Shown here in pieces: positions 1 to 10,919 of a stretch of DNA of 64,000 bases. The notes under the pieces were generated by a model that saw nothing but the letters and a program-made list of their open reading frames with translations, was not told the origin of the DNA and did not search any database. The DNA lies in assembly GCF_004010195.1 (NCBI RefSeq), contig NC_057750.1, positions 19,876,117 to 19,940,116 of the forward strand, in the 5' to 3' direction. Every line of letters starts with the position of its first letter. Position 1 is the stretch's first letter. The DNA is from Chiloscyllium plagiosum (taxonomy: Eukaryota). The position numbers were made by a program, and so were the translations under genes.

Positions 1-1731
1 TGGATTCTGTTTTGACTTCCGAAAAATGCAATGTACAGTCCATTGCATGCATAAGCGGATGATAATGTATGTGCCTAGGATGAGACCAAGGACTATCAGT
101 AGTCCCAGACGATCCATCTGTACAGCGACTATAGTCAGCAATTAACACTCCATCCACATGAATCAGATGACAGTGGGGTAGGTATCTTCCCTGTGTCTTG
201 ACCTGTTTTGTTGGTAACATCTGTGTCGTCCAAAATATCTTTTGAGAAATCATCAATGTAGGTGTAAAGTTGCGGGCCAACGACTGAACAAGTGCCTCCT
301 TCTTTAGCAAGGATGAAATTTAGTAATAGATCATTCTGAAGTGTCATCATCCGGGTCTCCTTTAGCTTTTTGTTCATCAACTTCAGAGCATGGACGGTTG
401 AGTTGGAAAGTTTATCGATGGTCACGTATCTGATCTAGGGCCATCTCAATACTCCAGCCAGCAATATGATCTCCCATCACCCTGGAATGCCAGGTTTGTT
501 TATGGAAGCAATTGTATAAATCCAGTTTTGTTTTCTTCTACTTTTCTTTCTGTGCTGATTCACATGTTGGTGGGCATTACATTCATCAACAACTTCAGAT
601 ACTTCATGGTAGAGAGTAAAAGGTTTAAGATGTGTACTAGAGCACAACGTCCGTACCAGTCATTAAGTAAATATGGGTAGGCTTTGTTTTCATACAGCCA
701 ACGAAGACGAAAAGGAGTTTCAAGGTTGCACTTCTGTGAGTGAATGACCAGTCCACTCAGAGCGAAAGCTGAATGTTGTAAACAGTGGGTACTATCAAAT
801 GTTCCATTGTCCAAGTATATTAACGGTTGGAGAGTAGGAGTCTGAGCAGTGTCACTGTTAATATTTTTACACTGTTTTTGTTTCACTTGCCTCATATTGT
901 GGGTACTTTCAACGCACCATTTTAACAGCAGAACAATGTCAATGTTGAGTCTTTCAGGTTTGTTAGTGCACTTCATACAGCGACGCGCTTCTTCTTCCAA
1001 ATGGGTTTTTCCATCACAAATGAGGGACTGCAGAAGTGGGTAAAACTTATTTACACACTGTACACCAGAATGATGGAAGAGTAAACAGAAAACACATGAA
1101 TCAGGGGGTTTAGCTTGAATAAAGAAACCATTAGTAACAGAAGGAGGATTGGGAGAGCATAATATTTTTTAGACTTTCTTCATTTTTCCAGCTTGTTTTG
1201 TTGATTTTCGTCGGTATTGAAAACAGGAAACGTGTGAAGATGTTTCGGTCAGTGGTGAGTGGATTCCTTCGAAAATGTATGGATGGTCAGTCTCATGGCA
1301 ACAGCTGAATTAGGGTTTGGTGATTTTGGTACTATGTGCTCAATACTGCAATCTGTGCGGTTCATTTTGAGTTGGGAACAGACAAACATTTCAAAGGAAC
1401 AGTTTTCGGTTGACGGAGCAGATGAGATTATAAAGTTGTGCCATCTTATGATGACTGCGATAGAAGTGTTGTGTGGATGACAATAAGGTCAAGAGAGATG
1501 TTTCGACATGCAATGTGAGTAGTTTAATTGAGTTTCAGCTATGCAGCTGCATTCACAACTTCCAATGATATTAGTACAAGTTTCACTTATACAGTCACAT
1601 TGGAGTTTTGGCCGGTCTGACATATCACAAATGGGTTGGTTACATCTGGGTGCATGCACTTGGGTTGGGTTTTCATTAGATGCCTGTATCAGTACTAACA
1701 TTAATACTGTGAGGGAGATAAAAGATTGCAA
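1..1731 (-). pseudogene. env: ERV env, gamma-type, degraded
   Basis: Hydrophobic, Cys-rich N-terminus (ORF 1489-1731); CVFC CXXC motif at about 1085-1096; basic furin-like site RKKSRRKQ at about 530-555; ISD-like LQNDLLLNFILAKEGGTC (ORF 135-425); TM anchor GLLIVLGLILGTYIII at about 55-110. Confidence 0.88.
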
Positions 1732-3153
1732 TGACCTTTGTAGACCATGTTGAACATCCTTCCACCTGTAATGCAGTTTGAGTTGTCAAAAGAACTTGAT
1801 GAGGACCATTCCAGCAGGGGCCCAATTTTTCATGATTAAAGTCTACCAATAGTACATAGTATTTAAACATTGGAGCTCTTTCTTCTTCCTTCCCTGCTAC
1901 TCGATAGGCTTCTTTGACCTGTTGATGATAAGACTGCAATGCTTTGGTTCGCTTTATCAGGTATCTTTGCTTCTCTTCTGTCATGACATGCAGATCAACA
2001 GAATGTTGGGCAGTTAATGGTGCAGACCAGGGAATCCTCAGAGGCATTCCATCTATCAGTTCAGATGCCAAGAATCCCGTCTTTTTCTGAGTCATGGTTC
2101 TCATATTAAAAAGAGCAATTGAGAGTACTTGCAGCATTGGCTCTTTCTGCAATTTCCATTGCTCAGGGATGGTTGGCACAATGGAATGTTTGGTTCATAT
2201 TCAAGCTCTTACATACTGCCTTGTTTAACTCCGCACAGAAGTGGGGGCCATTATCAGAAGTGACCATTACTGGTATTCCAAATCTGGGTATGATTTCCCT
2301 CAGTACAATTGTACAAGTAGTTGTGGTTACGCGGTCAGTACAGGGATAAGCTTCAATCCATTTATGAAATGCATTGATTATCATTCAGCAATATTTATAA
2401 TCATAACATCTTGGTAATTCTATAAAATCTAATTGCATAGTATCAAAAGGTGCACTTGGCAAGGGAGTTTTATCTGGTGGACACCTTACTTCTTTCCTGG
2501 ATTATGTGTTTGACAAATTAGACAATTTGCAGCTGCTTGTTTTGCTTTTTCTTGCAGGTGGGGATTCCACCAAGTTTGGTCCACCATTGTCCACCATTCC
2601 CTCCTAACCTACGTGCATGTTTTTATGAATACAATCAACTAGAATAGCCAAACGTGAGTCTGGCAGACATGTCTGTCCCACTGGCATAACCCAAAGCTTA
2701 TTTTAACAATTTTAATAATAACCATGGTTCACCCATCTTTGTCTTTCCTCATCAAAGGCGTCCGCTCTCGGTCAGGCATAGTCATGGTGTCAGCAGAGGA
2801 AACATAAGAGTCTCCCATTGGTTACCTATTCGTCATTTGAGTAACCATGTCTTTTTGGGCAAAAGCTGCTTTCTTAGCAGTCGCAAAGGTAGAAGACAGA
2901 GGGTGGTGGTGGTGGTGGGGGTTGGGTTGTTTTTCAGACTGGAGTACATTTAGAGGTGAGCAAGGACACCACAGAATGCGAGGTACAGATTTCTACATTT
3001 TGATGTGAAGTGATATTAGAGCCAGCACATTAGTGTGGATGGTGGGGAGAATCTGGGTTTAGGAAGGCATACCCTGAACAACAGGATCAAGCTTAGTAGA
3101 ATAAAATGCAATAGGGCACCAAGCTGAGCCAAGTTGCTGGGTGAGAACAGCTG
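1700..3153 (-). pseudogene. pol: ERV pol remnant: RT connection/tether fragment plus integrase
   Basis: [25 protein letters not shown] (tether); KWIEAYP..IIPRFGIP..TSDNGPHF (IN core); LGPCWNGPHQVLLTTQTALQVEG (IN C-terminal domain). Confidence 0.9.
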
Positions 3154-5060
3154 TCACACAGGTGTCGAGGATGGAAAAGTTCTTCCCGCCATAGAAGGGG
3201 CATCCTGTTGAGGTCCCTTTGGAGGGACCAGCTGCTTCCACTCCGGTGATCAACGGAGAGCTGCATTGCGAAAGGGCAGTTCTTGGACCAATGTCAAGGT
3301 TGATTACAATGGAAAGAAACAAGTGATTGTTGGGGGACTCTGGGAAATGTGACAGTCAGTGCAGAGTAGTGAGAGGATGTATACGGAGTAAGGGGCATCA
3401 TAGTTGTTGGAGAATGTATGTAGGAGGACCCCAAGGTCCATTTGGATGTTGTGAATACACGGAACCATTCCTAACGTCCTTCCATACTGGATAACAGTAT
3501 GAGGGGTCCATTTGATAGCCTGACTGACCTTGCAGACAGAAAGATTTATTTTGAATCCTGGGTTTAGGTTTAGTCCATGTAGTCTGGGCAAGTTCTGTCT
3601 TGGTCTTGGCAATGGTAGCCTTACTGTTGGGATCCTTTAGTTCCCAGAAATAACAATCCTCTCAGTTGAATTGTGCAACCTCGACATCTTGCCAGTGGAT
3701 GTTGTGGGATTTAATAGCTTTCTGTACCTGATCAGATAAGACAGTTATACATAGGGCATTAAACTAGCATGATCGCCCTGTGGGTAGTTAGCGTCCCCAG
3801 ACTAAGCGCTACAGCATTCCTCAAAATGAGTAAGGAACTCCTCAGCCCCTTTGCTCAAGACTTTATCCACATCAACTGCACGATGCACTGCTTGGCAGAG
3901 ACAGGTAATAATCCAAACTGATGGTTAGGTTTGGCCAGACTACAAGCTGGGTATAATTATTACATTGTAAAATTTCTAAGAACTCAGCCTATTTTTCAGG
4001 GCTCCTAGTCCTATTAATGTAATTAACAAATCCCTCAGAATTATTTCCATAATCTGGAGCCTTATTGATAATGCATGAGAGTTCAAGATCCACAAATTGT
4101 GTTTGTCCTTGATTCAGGGCCTATGGTATAGGAACTTTTCGATTTGGGAAATTTCGCTTTGGCCTTCCCTCGTCAGGGTCAGTGCAAGAACTGATATTAA
4201 GATCCCGAAACTTTGATTGAAGAATTGCAATGTCTTTGGGATTTATTAGTATGGGTCAGTGGAAATCAAAGGAGTTCCTTCAGTGTTCCCTCCCCATTTT
4301 AATATTAATTGACTCCGAGTGCGGTGGGCTATGGGTTCTTGGTAAGCTGAATCATTATTTAGCTGAACAGTTGGGGGAAGGGCAAGAGCCTTGGCACATT
4401 TGTCATCTGAGTAGGGAGGGGAGTTCAGGCGATTTTTTGTTTTATGAAGCATGCTTGCCTTGGCCGTACTGTGGGTGAGTTTTGATGGGGGCACCAGAGG
4501 AGATTGGTTCACAGGACAGGAAGCGTGAAATATTTCTACCTCCGAATCAGTGTCCCATTTCTCATCTGCAGATGGATCAGGATTGTTTAGTAATGGATAT
4601 TTGGGAGAGGAGAGGGTGGGGTATAAGGAACCATCTTTGTCCTTTTTACTATTTTCTCCCTAGCCAACTCCAGTTCTGCTTCCAAATCATGTGCTTCACA
4701 TTTGCATTTTAGTTCTGTCCAATTTAGTTCAGATTCTTCCCCAGTTAATGGACTGAATCCCCATTTAATACAGTTTTGTCTCCATGATGATTGTGTGGAC
4801 TTTTCCCATTTTTCCCTCGTTACGTTTTTCCACACTGAAATGACTTCTTTCTGCTTGCTTCCATCTCTTTTTTCCCAAATCCCTTGTTTAATTTTAATGA
4901 GTAGATTGAAATCAAGTGTTCCCCCTAGAAGCCAATCCTTATTCTGTTGAGCAGCTGTGGCTGATATTTCCCTTAATTGTTTCTCATCATTAGGAGACAG
5001 ACTTATTATTTCTGTTAGGGGACATTTGTCCTTCACCTTATCTACGGTCATATCCTTATT
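3154..5060 (-). pseudogene. gag: ERV gag, degraded
   Basis: MA-like WLLGGTLDFNLL; PPY late-domain-like NSPPYSD; IAHRTRSQ; capsid segment GAEEFLTHFEE; CCHC knuckle remnant HCNQP*HWSKNC at about 3275-3322; stop TGA at 3154-3156. Confidence 0.85.
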
Positions 5061-5510
5061 TATCCAACTTATTTTAAACCTTCACAAACTACTGATTGGC
5101 AGGGGCTCCAATCCCAATTACTACAGGGGCTCCAACCCCACAAAACACAAAGCATCAAAATAAAACACAAACATTCGCTCACCAACAAGTGAATGTGCAT
5201 CCAAACTGAATCTCAAAGGGATAAACTGCAGTGATGCAAGCTGCAGGGATGAATCTCTGTCAGTATGTCACGCTCGCTAACTCTCTCTCTCTCTCTCGAA
5301 CACACACGTGAACATTTTAGAAGGTAACAACCCGTTAATGAACAACAAGACTAATTATTTCTGCAAACCATGCTTGACATTCTAAAACCCTGACAGTTTG
5401 TGATTTTAGTATCTATTTAAACAATCTAATTTAGGGTTCTGTCAGGGCACTGTGAAAGTGAAATGGGGGAGGCATCACAAAGATGCAGACTGAGAGCAAT
5501 CAAGGTATAA

Positions 5511-5520
5511 CCTTACCTTG
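5511..5520 (-). promoter_or_regulatory. Probable retroviral major splice donor (AAG|GTAAGG)
   Basis: Canonical donor about 80 nt downstream of the PBS; conserved in copy 2 (17504-17513). Confidence 0.55.
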
Positions 5521-5598
5521 TGTGCCCATTGTTCTCGAGTCTGACCCTTAAATGAAGCTCCTCTTTTCCAGTTTCACTCAAACGTATCCCTTGTTGGA

Positions 5599-5616
5599 AC
5601 CCTGCTTGCAGCTCCA
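5599..5616 (-). promoter_or_regulatory. Primer binding site, tRNA-Ser type
   Basis: Plus strand GAACCCTGCTTGCAGCTCCA resembles the tRNA-Ser 3' end (GAACCCTGCTCGCWGCGCCA); 3 nt from the LTR end. Confidence 0.75.
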
Positions 5617-5619
5617 AAT

Positions 5620-6273
5620 TGTTAAAGTACAGATGGCCCAGGAATACCTTACGAACTCAACCTGTAAGCCTCTCTTATGGTTCATCCAGGAGATCGTACT
5701 CTTTGGTGGTCTGGAATAAAAAAAAAACTCTTACAGACAGTTTAGTTTAATTTTAATCATGCCCTTCATTTACTAATAGCATCAGTGTTACAGCATAATG
5801 CTGTTACCTATAAGTCAAGCTAACAGGATTCTATTAATTCAGGAGAGTACAAATCGCTCTTCTTTCAAGAGCCTTGGCCAGATACTCTGTTGTACTATCA
5901 CAAACTATCTTTATACACCACTTTATAAAGGCTGCATTGTCAGAAACACAAAAAGTTAACGAAAGCACTGCATGTTCTGAACTAGACAGATAATAGCGAA
6001 GGACAATAATTCGGGACAGAAGACAATTGATACTGAGTTTCGTTCCATGATCCATATTAAACATTGTTTATTAATTTCACAAAGAAACAACCGTGAATGT
6101 TATCACTCAGTGTCTTGTTCATACAGCTTCTTTGATGTGAAGGCAAATGTTCTTACTTATCTTAGCTTTCCTGCCATACCAATTTCTACTATGTATCAAA
6201 TGTATTCTATAATTTAAAATTGCATTTTAGTCTAAATGTTTAAGGACAAAATTTAAGGCTATAAACTTTCTCA
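5620..6273 (-). repeat. ERV 5' LTR (about 650 bp, TGAGAA...TTAACA)
   Basis: TG...CA ends on the minus strand; bounded by the PBS on one side and resumption of Penelope RT coding sequence on the other; TATAAA-like at about 5922-5929. Confidence 0.75.
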
Positions 6274-9066
6274 GCTGTGCAGGACCTCCATCCAACACCA
6301 TACACCAGATATATTGACAACATTTTCTTCCTCTGGATCCATGGCGATGAGTCACAGAGAGAAAAAAAACTACACAGTAATATCAACGGGTTACATCTCA
6401 CCATCAGACTTACCATGGACTATTCTTTAGCATCGGTTTCATTCTTGGACACATGCATCTTAATCAAGGGTGGGCACCTCAATACCTCAATCTACTGCAT
6501 AGCCACAGATAACCTCATTATGCTACACTTCTCCAACTTCCACCCTAAACATATTAAAACAACCATCCCCTATGGGCAAGCATTACACATACACAGGATC
6601 TCTTCAGATGTGGAGAAACATGACGGCTCAAGGATGCCCTTATAAGAACAGGGTACGATACTTAACTCATCGAATGCCAGGTTGGACGTGCCATGGCAAG
6701 AAACTGTAATGACCTCCTCAGGAGACAGACATGGTTTCAAACGATAGAGTGCCCTTTTTTTTCCCAGTACTTCCCCAGAGCCAAAAAACTATGCCATGTT
6801 CTTCACAGCCTGCAACACATTATCAATGATGATAAGCATCTCGCCTATACCTTCCCCACGCCTCCACTTCTCGCCTTTAAACAACCACCAAACCTTAAAC
6901 AGACAATTGTTCACAGCAAACAGCCCGGCTTTCAGGACAAGATCAATCACAACATCGCACAACCGTGTCATGAGAACCACTGCAAGATGTGTCAGAGTGA
7001 CAACATGATAACACCATTACCTGTGGGGACACCACCCACCTTGTACGCGGAAGGTACTCATGTGACTTAGCCAACATTGTCTATCTCATACACTGCTGTC
7101 AAGGATGCCCTGAGGCACGATGCATTGGTGAGATGAAACAGATGCTACAACAATGGATGAATGGACATTGCTCAACAATCACCACGCGGGGTGTTCACAC
7201 CCAGACGGAGAACATTTCAGTGGTCAGGGACATTCGGCCTTGGATCTTCGGGTGAGCAGCCTTCAAGGCAGTGTTCAGGACAGGCATCGAAAGGCGGGAG
7301 TGTGGTGCTGGAAAAGCACAGCAGACCAGGCAGCATCAGAGGAGCAGGTAAATCAGCATTTCAGGCAAAAGCTCTTCATCAGGAGTGAGGCTGGGAGCCT
7401 TGGGATGCAGAAATAAATGGGAGGGGGTGGAGCTGGGGGGAAGGTAGCTGAGAGTATAATGAATACATGGAGAGGATCGGTGGGAAAGGAGATGGACAGG
7501 TGGGACAGGACATGAGGGTGGTGCTGAGCTGGAAGGTTGAAACTGGGGTAAGGTCTGGTGGAGGAGAAATGAGGAAACTCGTGAAATCCGCATTGATGCC
7601 ACATGGTTGGAGGGTTCTGAGGTGGAAGATGTGGCATTCTTCCTCCAGGCGCCAGGTGGTAAGAGAGTGGTGATGGAGGCGGCCCAGGACCTGCATGTCG
7701 TCGGCAGAATGGGAGGGTTTGTTGAAGTGTTCAGCCACGGGGCGGTGCGGTTGGTTGGTGCGGGTGTCCCGGAGATGTTATCTGGAGTGCTCTGTGAGTA
7801 GGCATCCTGCCTCCCCAATGTAGAGGTGACCGCATCAGGAGCAATGGCTACAGTAAGTGACATGTCTGGAAGTGGAGGTGAAACTTTGATGGATGTGGAA
7901 GGTTGCTTTGGGGCCTTGGATGGAGGTGGGGGGGGGGGGAATAGATGTGGGTGAAGCTTTGCAATTTCTGCGGTGGCAGGGGAAAGTGCCAGGAGTGGAT
8001 GGTTGGTGTCGTGGGGGATGTGGACCTGGCGAGGTAGTTGAGGGGGCAACAGTCTTTCAGGAAAGCAGGTAGGAGTCAGGAGGGAAGTATATCTCTGGTG
8101 GTAGGGCCCGTTTGTAGATGGCAGAAATGGTGGAGGATGATGCAATGTATACGGAGATTGGTGGGGTGAAAGGTGAGGATCAGGCGTTCTGTCCTTGTTG
8201 CAGTTGGAGGAGTGGGTTTTCAGGGTGGAGGTGCAGAAAGTGGAAGAGATGCGCTGGAAGGCATCATAAACCATGTGGGAGGGAAAATTGCAGTATTTTA
8301 AGAAGGAGGCCATCTGGTGTGTTCTGTGGTGGAACTGGTCCTCGTGGGAACAATGGAGAGTGGCCGAGCAGAGGCTGATAGCCAAGTTTGGTACTCATGG
8401 GCATGGCCTCAATTGGAACCTTGGGTTAATGTCACCCTACAGGTGACCCCCTGCACTAAACACTCACAAACACGTGCACACATATATCCACACACGCATG
8501 CAGACCCTCTCTCATACCCACAAACATACACTCCCTTACACTTACATCCATGCACACACCCTCTCACAGACTCACACTCCCATCACAGCCACACACAAAT
8601 ATTTTCCAAGCTTGCACACATGCAAACACACATTCTCTCACATGCACGCAGACACTCATTCTCCCTCATGCACTTGCACACACATATAAATCTATGGGGC
8701 GTGTTTGTATTCACAGAATTATATTTGCAGATATATTCTGTTTTGCTCAAAAAATACACAACCTGCAGGCAATCAATACTTTGTAAATTCCACTTTGGAA
8801 CAGAACCAGTATGACTCAAGTTTGGGATACAGACGGACCATAACCTCATACCATTAATGCATTGTCTGAGCTGAGATGTCACCTTTTGTTATAAAACCTT
8901 AAGTTATCTCAAGGAGGTGATTTAAAAAAAGTTCTGGGATCTTTTGTTATAAATTACATGTCATATGGTCCTGCTCCGTAGCTACCTGATGATGGAGCAA
9001 TGCTCCAAAACCTAGCGGTTCCAAATAAAGCTGTTGGACTATAACCTGGTGTTGTATAATTTTTAA
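6274..9066 (+). mobile_element. Penelope-like element (family A), 3' part: RT C-terminus, GIY-YIG, (CA)-rich UTR and HHR-bearing terminal repeat; split by a nested element at about 7284-8350
   Basis: YTRYIDNIFFLW..SVSFLD..IPYGQALHIHRI (PLE RT/thumb); GIY-YIG region at about 7050-7280 resumes as RVAEQRLIAKFGTH at about 8355; CTGATGA motif at about 8986. Confidence 0.85.
7284..8350 (-). mobile_element. Penelope-like element (family B), 3' part nested in the family A element
   Basis: AEHFNKPSHSADDMQVLG..RLEEECHIFHLRTLQPCGIN (PLE endonuclease C-terminus); terminal repeat with degenerate HHR at about 7350-7384. Confidence 0.85.
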
Positions 9067-9743
9067 CATGGTAACACTCATTTTTTCATGGGCAAGGAAT
9101 GACACCACCTGAGGAGCTCACTGAAAGAGAGTGGAGAGCAAAGTAGTTTCAGACGCTGTTAGCAATGAGCAACAGTTAGTAGAAAGCTGAACAACAAAAG
9201 CATAACCACAAAACAAATTAGACATGCATGAGAATGTATATTAATCTGAAGTAATCACTTCACAATGATTAATACAGGTACAAAAAAGAAAGACCAGTCG
9301 GAAAGGATAATCGTTTCCCTGCAGGCCAGAGTGGGAACAGCAACATCGGGCTTCTGTGCATTCTTCCTCATGGAATTCTCTGATCCACACATCTGGACAA
9401 AAAATTTTAAAAATGAGAAATTTGCTATTATAAATATTAAATAATATACTGTAAAACATCTCTCTTTTGATTATAAATGTATTTTCACCAATATTTTGGT
9501 TCCTTTCATTTCACCCTGCCCTGGTGGCCGATATCACCACCTTTCTTTGCTTGTTCTTTCCACAAATGTGTGTTGATGGGGAATCCAAGTTCCAACCAGT
9601 GGGTTTGGTGGATGTGGGATCCAACACTTGGGCAAGTTGTCGGACAAGGTAGATGAGCCAACATCCTCAGTACTTGCATGGAAAAGAGCGTTGATGCTCT
9701 CACTGAATCCATCGAGCTCATTGGGAACTGACTCGGGATGAAA

Positions 9744-9913
9744 ACAGGATGCTGTAAATCAGAAACAAAAACAGAAGTTGCTGGGAAAGCTCAGCAGATC
9801 TGATAGTATTTGTGAAGAATAATCTGTTAACGTTTCAGTTCAGAATCTCTGATTTCTCTTCACAAATCCTGACAGACCTGCTGACCTTTCCCAGCACCTT
9901 CTGTTTCTGATAC
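9744..9913. repeat. Short palindromic Penelope-type mini-element (family C)
   Basis: Inverted arms (cagaagttgctgggaaagctcagcag / ctgctgacctttcccagcaccttctg); flanking GGATGAA duplication; absent from the paralogous block at about 51660. Confidence 0.55.
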
Positions 9914-10919
9914 TGGATGAACCCTACTTGTTTGTGGCTTCATAATGGAGCCTGTGACCAATTCAAAACATTTCCACATCATCACCAAGAAATATTGTTT
10001 CCAACTGCAAAACAACTCCTAAATCCATCCCTGCCTCAGTCATCATTGGTGAAACAGTCATTCATTCCATTGTTACCCTTGGACCCTTGTATCCAGTGCC
10101 ATATGGGCCTGATACCAGAGTATAAACTCCTTACATTTGCTTCGTTTTAATTTCTTCCACCCTCCTGGTTTGCTTTTCCAAGAAATCATCTGATCATCTA
10201 CTGACTGCAGTGACCGACACCGGCAGGTTGTCCTCCTAAGTTTGCATTTCAAGTTCTTGTTTGTCTATTCAAAATGTTCCAAAGCCATCCATTGATTTCT
10301 TTGCTTTCTTGGACTGGTATAAATCTTGTTTTTTTTTTAAATCTCCATGAAGTTGTTAGATGTTCTACTGTGATGTAAATGTGTAGTGGTTGGAACGAGG
10401 GCTATATGAATCTCATTGACTATGAGATTCTTCATTGGGGCTGTTAACCTGGGCCAATCTGGGAGCCCAGGCAGACAAAAATAAACAGGAGATTTACAGA
10501 GTCTAGTGATTCTAGAGACTGGCTCAGAGCGGCTAGTCAGAATCCATGTACAGACCACATATAAATAAAGGATGACTTCGTGATAGGATACAGTCTCTGT
10601 GTAGTTATTTCAAAATGCTACCAGCAGACATGACGGTAAAATAAATTACAGATTATATAGAAAGAAATCAAATATGAAATGGCAGGTAATAATGCCAGAA
10701 ACAATAATATGTCTGATGATTAGGAACAATCGCCTGGGTCACTGACCTGTCTGCGTTTCCAGATTCCTTTCTAAGTCCTTCCGATTGCCCAGGTCAATCT
10801 CCTATTGAAGGTGCTTCTCTTGCTGACTAAGTTATTGTCATCTGACCTAACATCAACTTTGGTGAGTCAACATCAACTCTACTTAGTTGGCCATAGTAAA
10901 AGTCTTATAACTATGTTTA

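Larger units (their letters stand above)
1..6273 (-). mobile_element. Class I (gamma/epsilon-like) endogenous retrovirus, copy 1: 5'LTR-PBS-gag-[pro/RT deleted]-tether-[RNase H deleted]-IN-env; runs off the left edge
   Basis: Minus-strand order of LTR, PBS, gag (CCHC knuckle), integrase (HHCC and DDE region) and env (ISD, TM anchor), with many stops and frameshifts. Confidence 0.93.

Noticed and set aside
3230..3322. LDIGPRT / LDIDART in ORFs 3059-3322 and 14895-15413 as a retroviral protease DTG motif
   Set aside because: The same bases read in another frame give the gag CCHC knuckle, so the motif is an off-frame coincidence.
7336..8385. 349-aa ORF as a host gene
   Set aside because: It is a frame-wandering translation of a Penelope element.
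9500..10400. Coding potential on the minus strand of the GPCR 3'-flank block (possible ancient transposon ORF)
   Set aside because: It has many stops and no recognisable domain, so it cannot be supported without a profile search.
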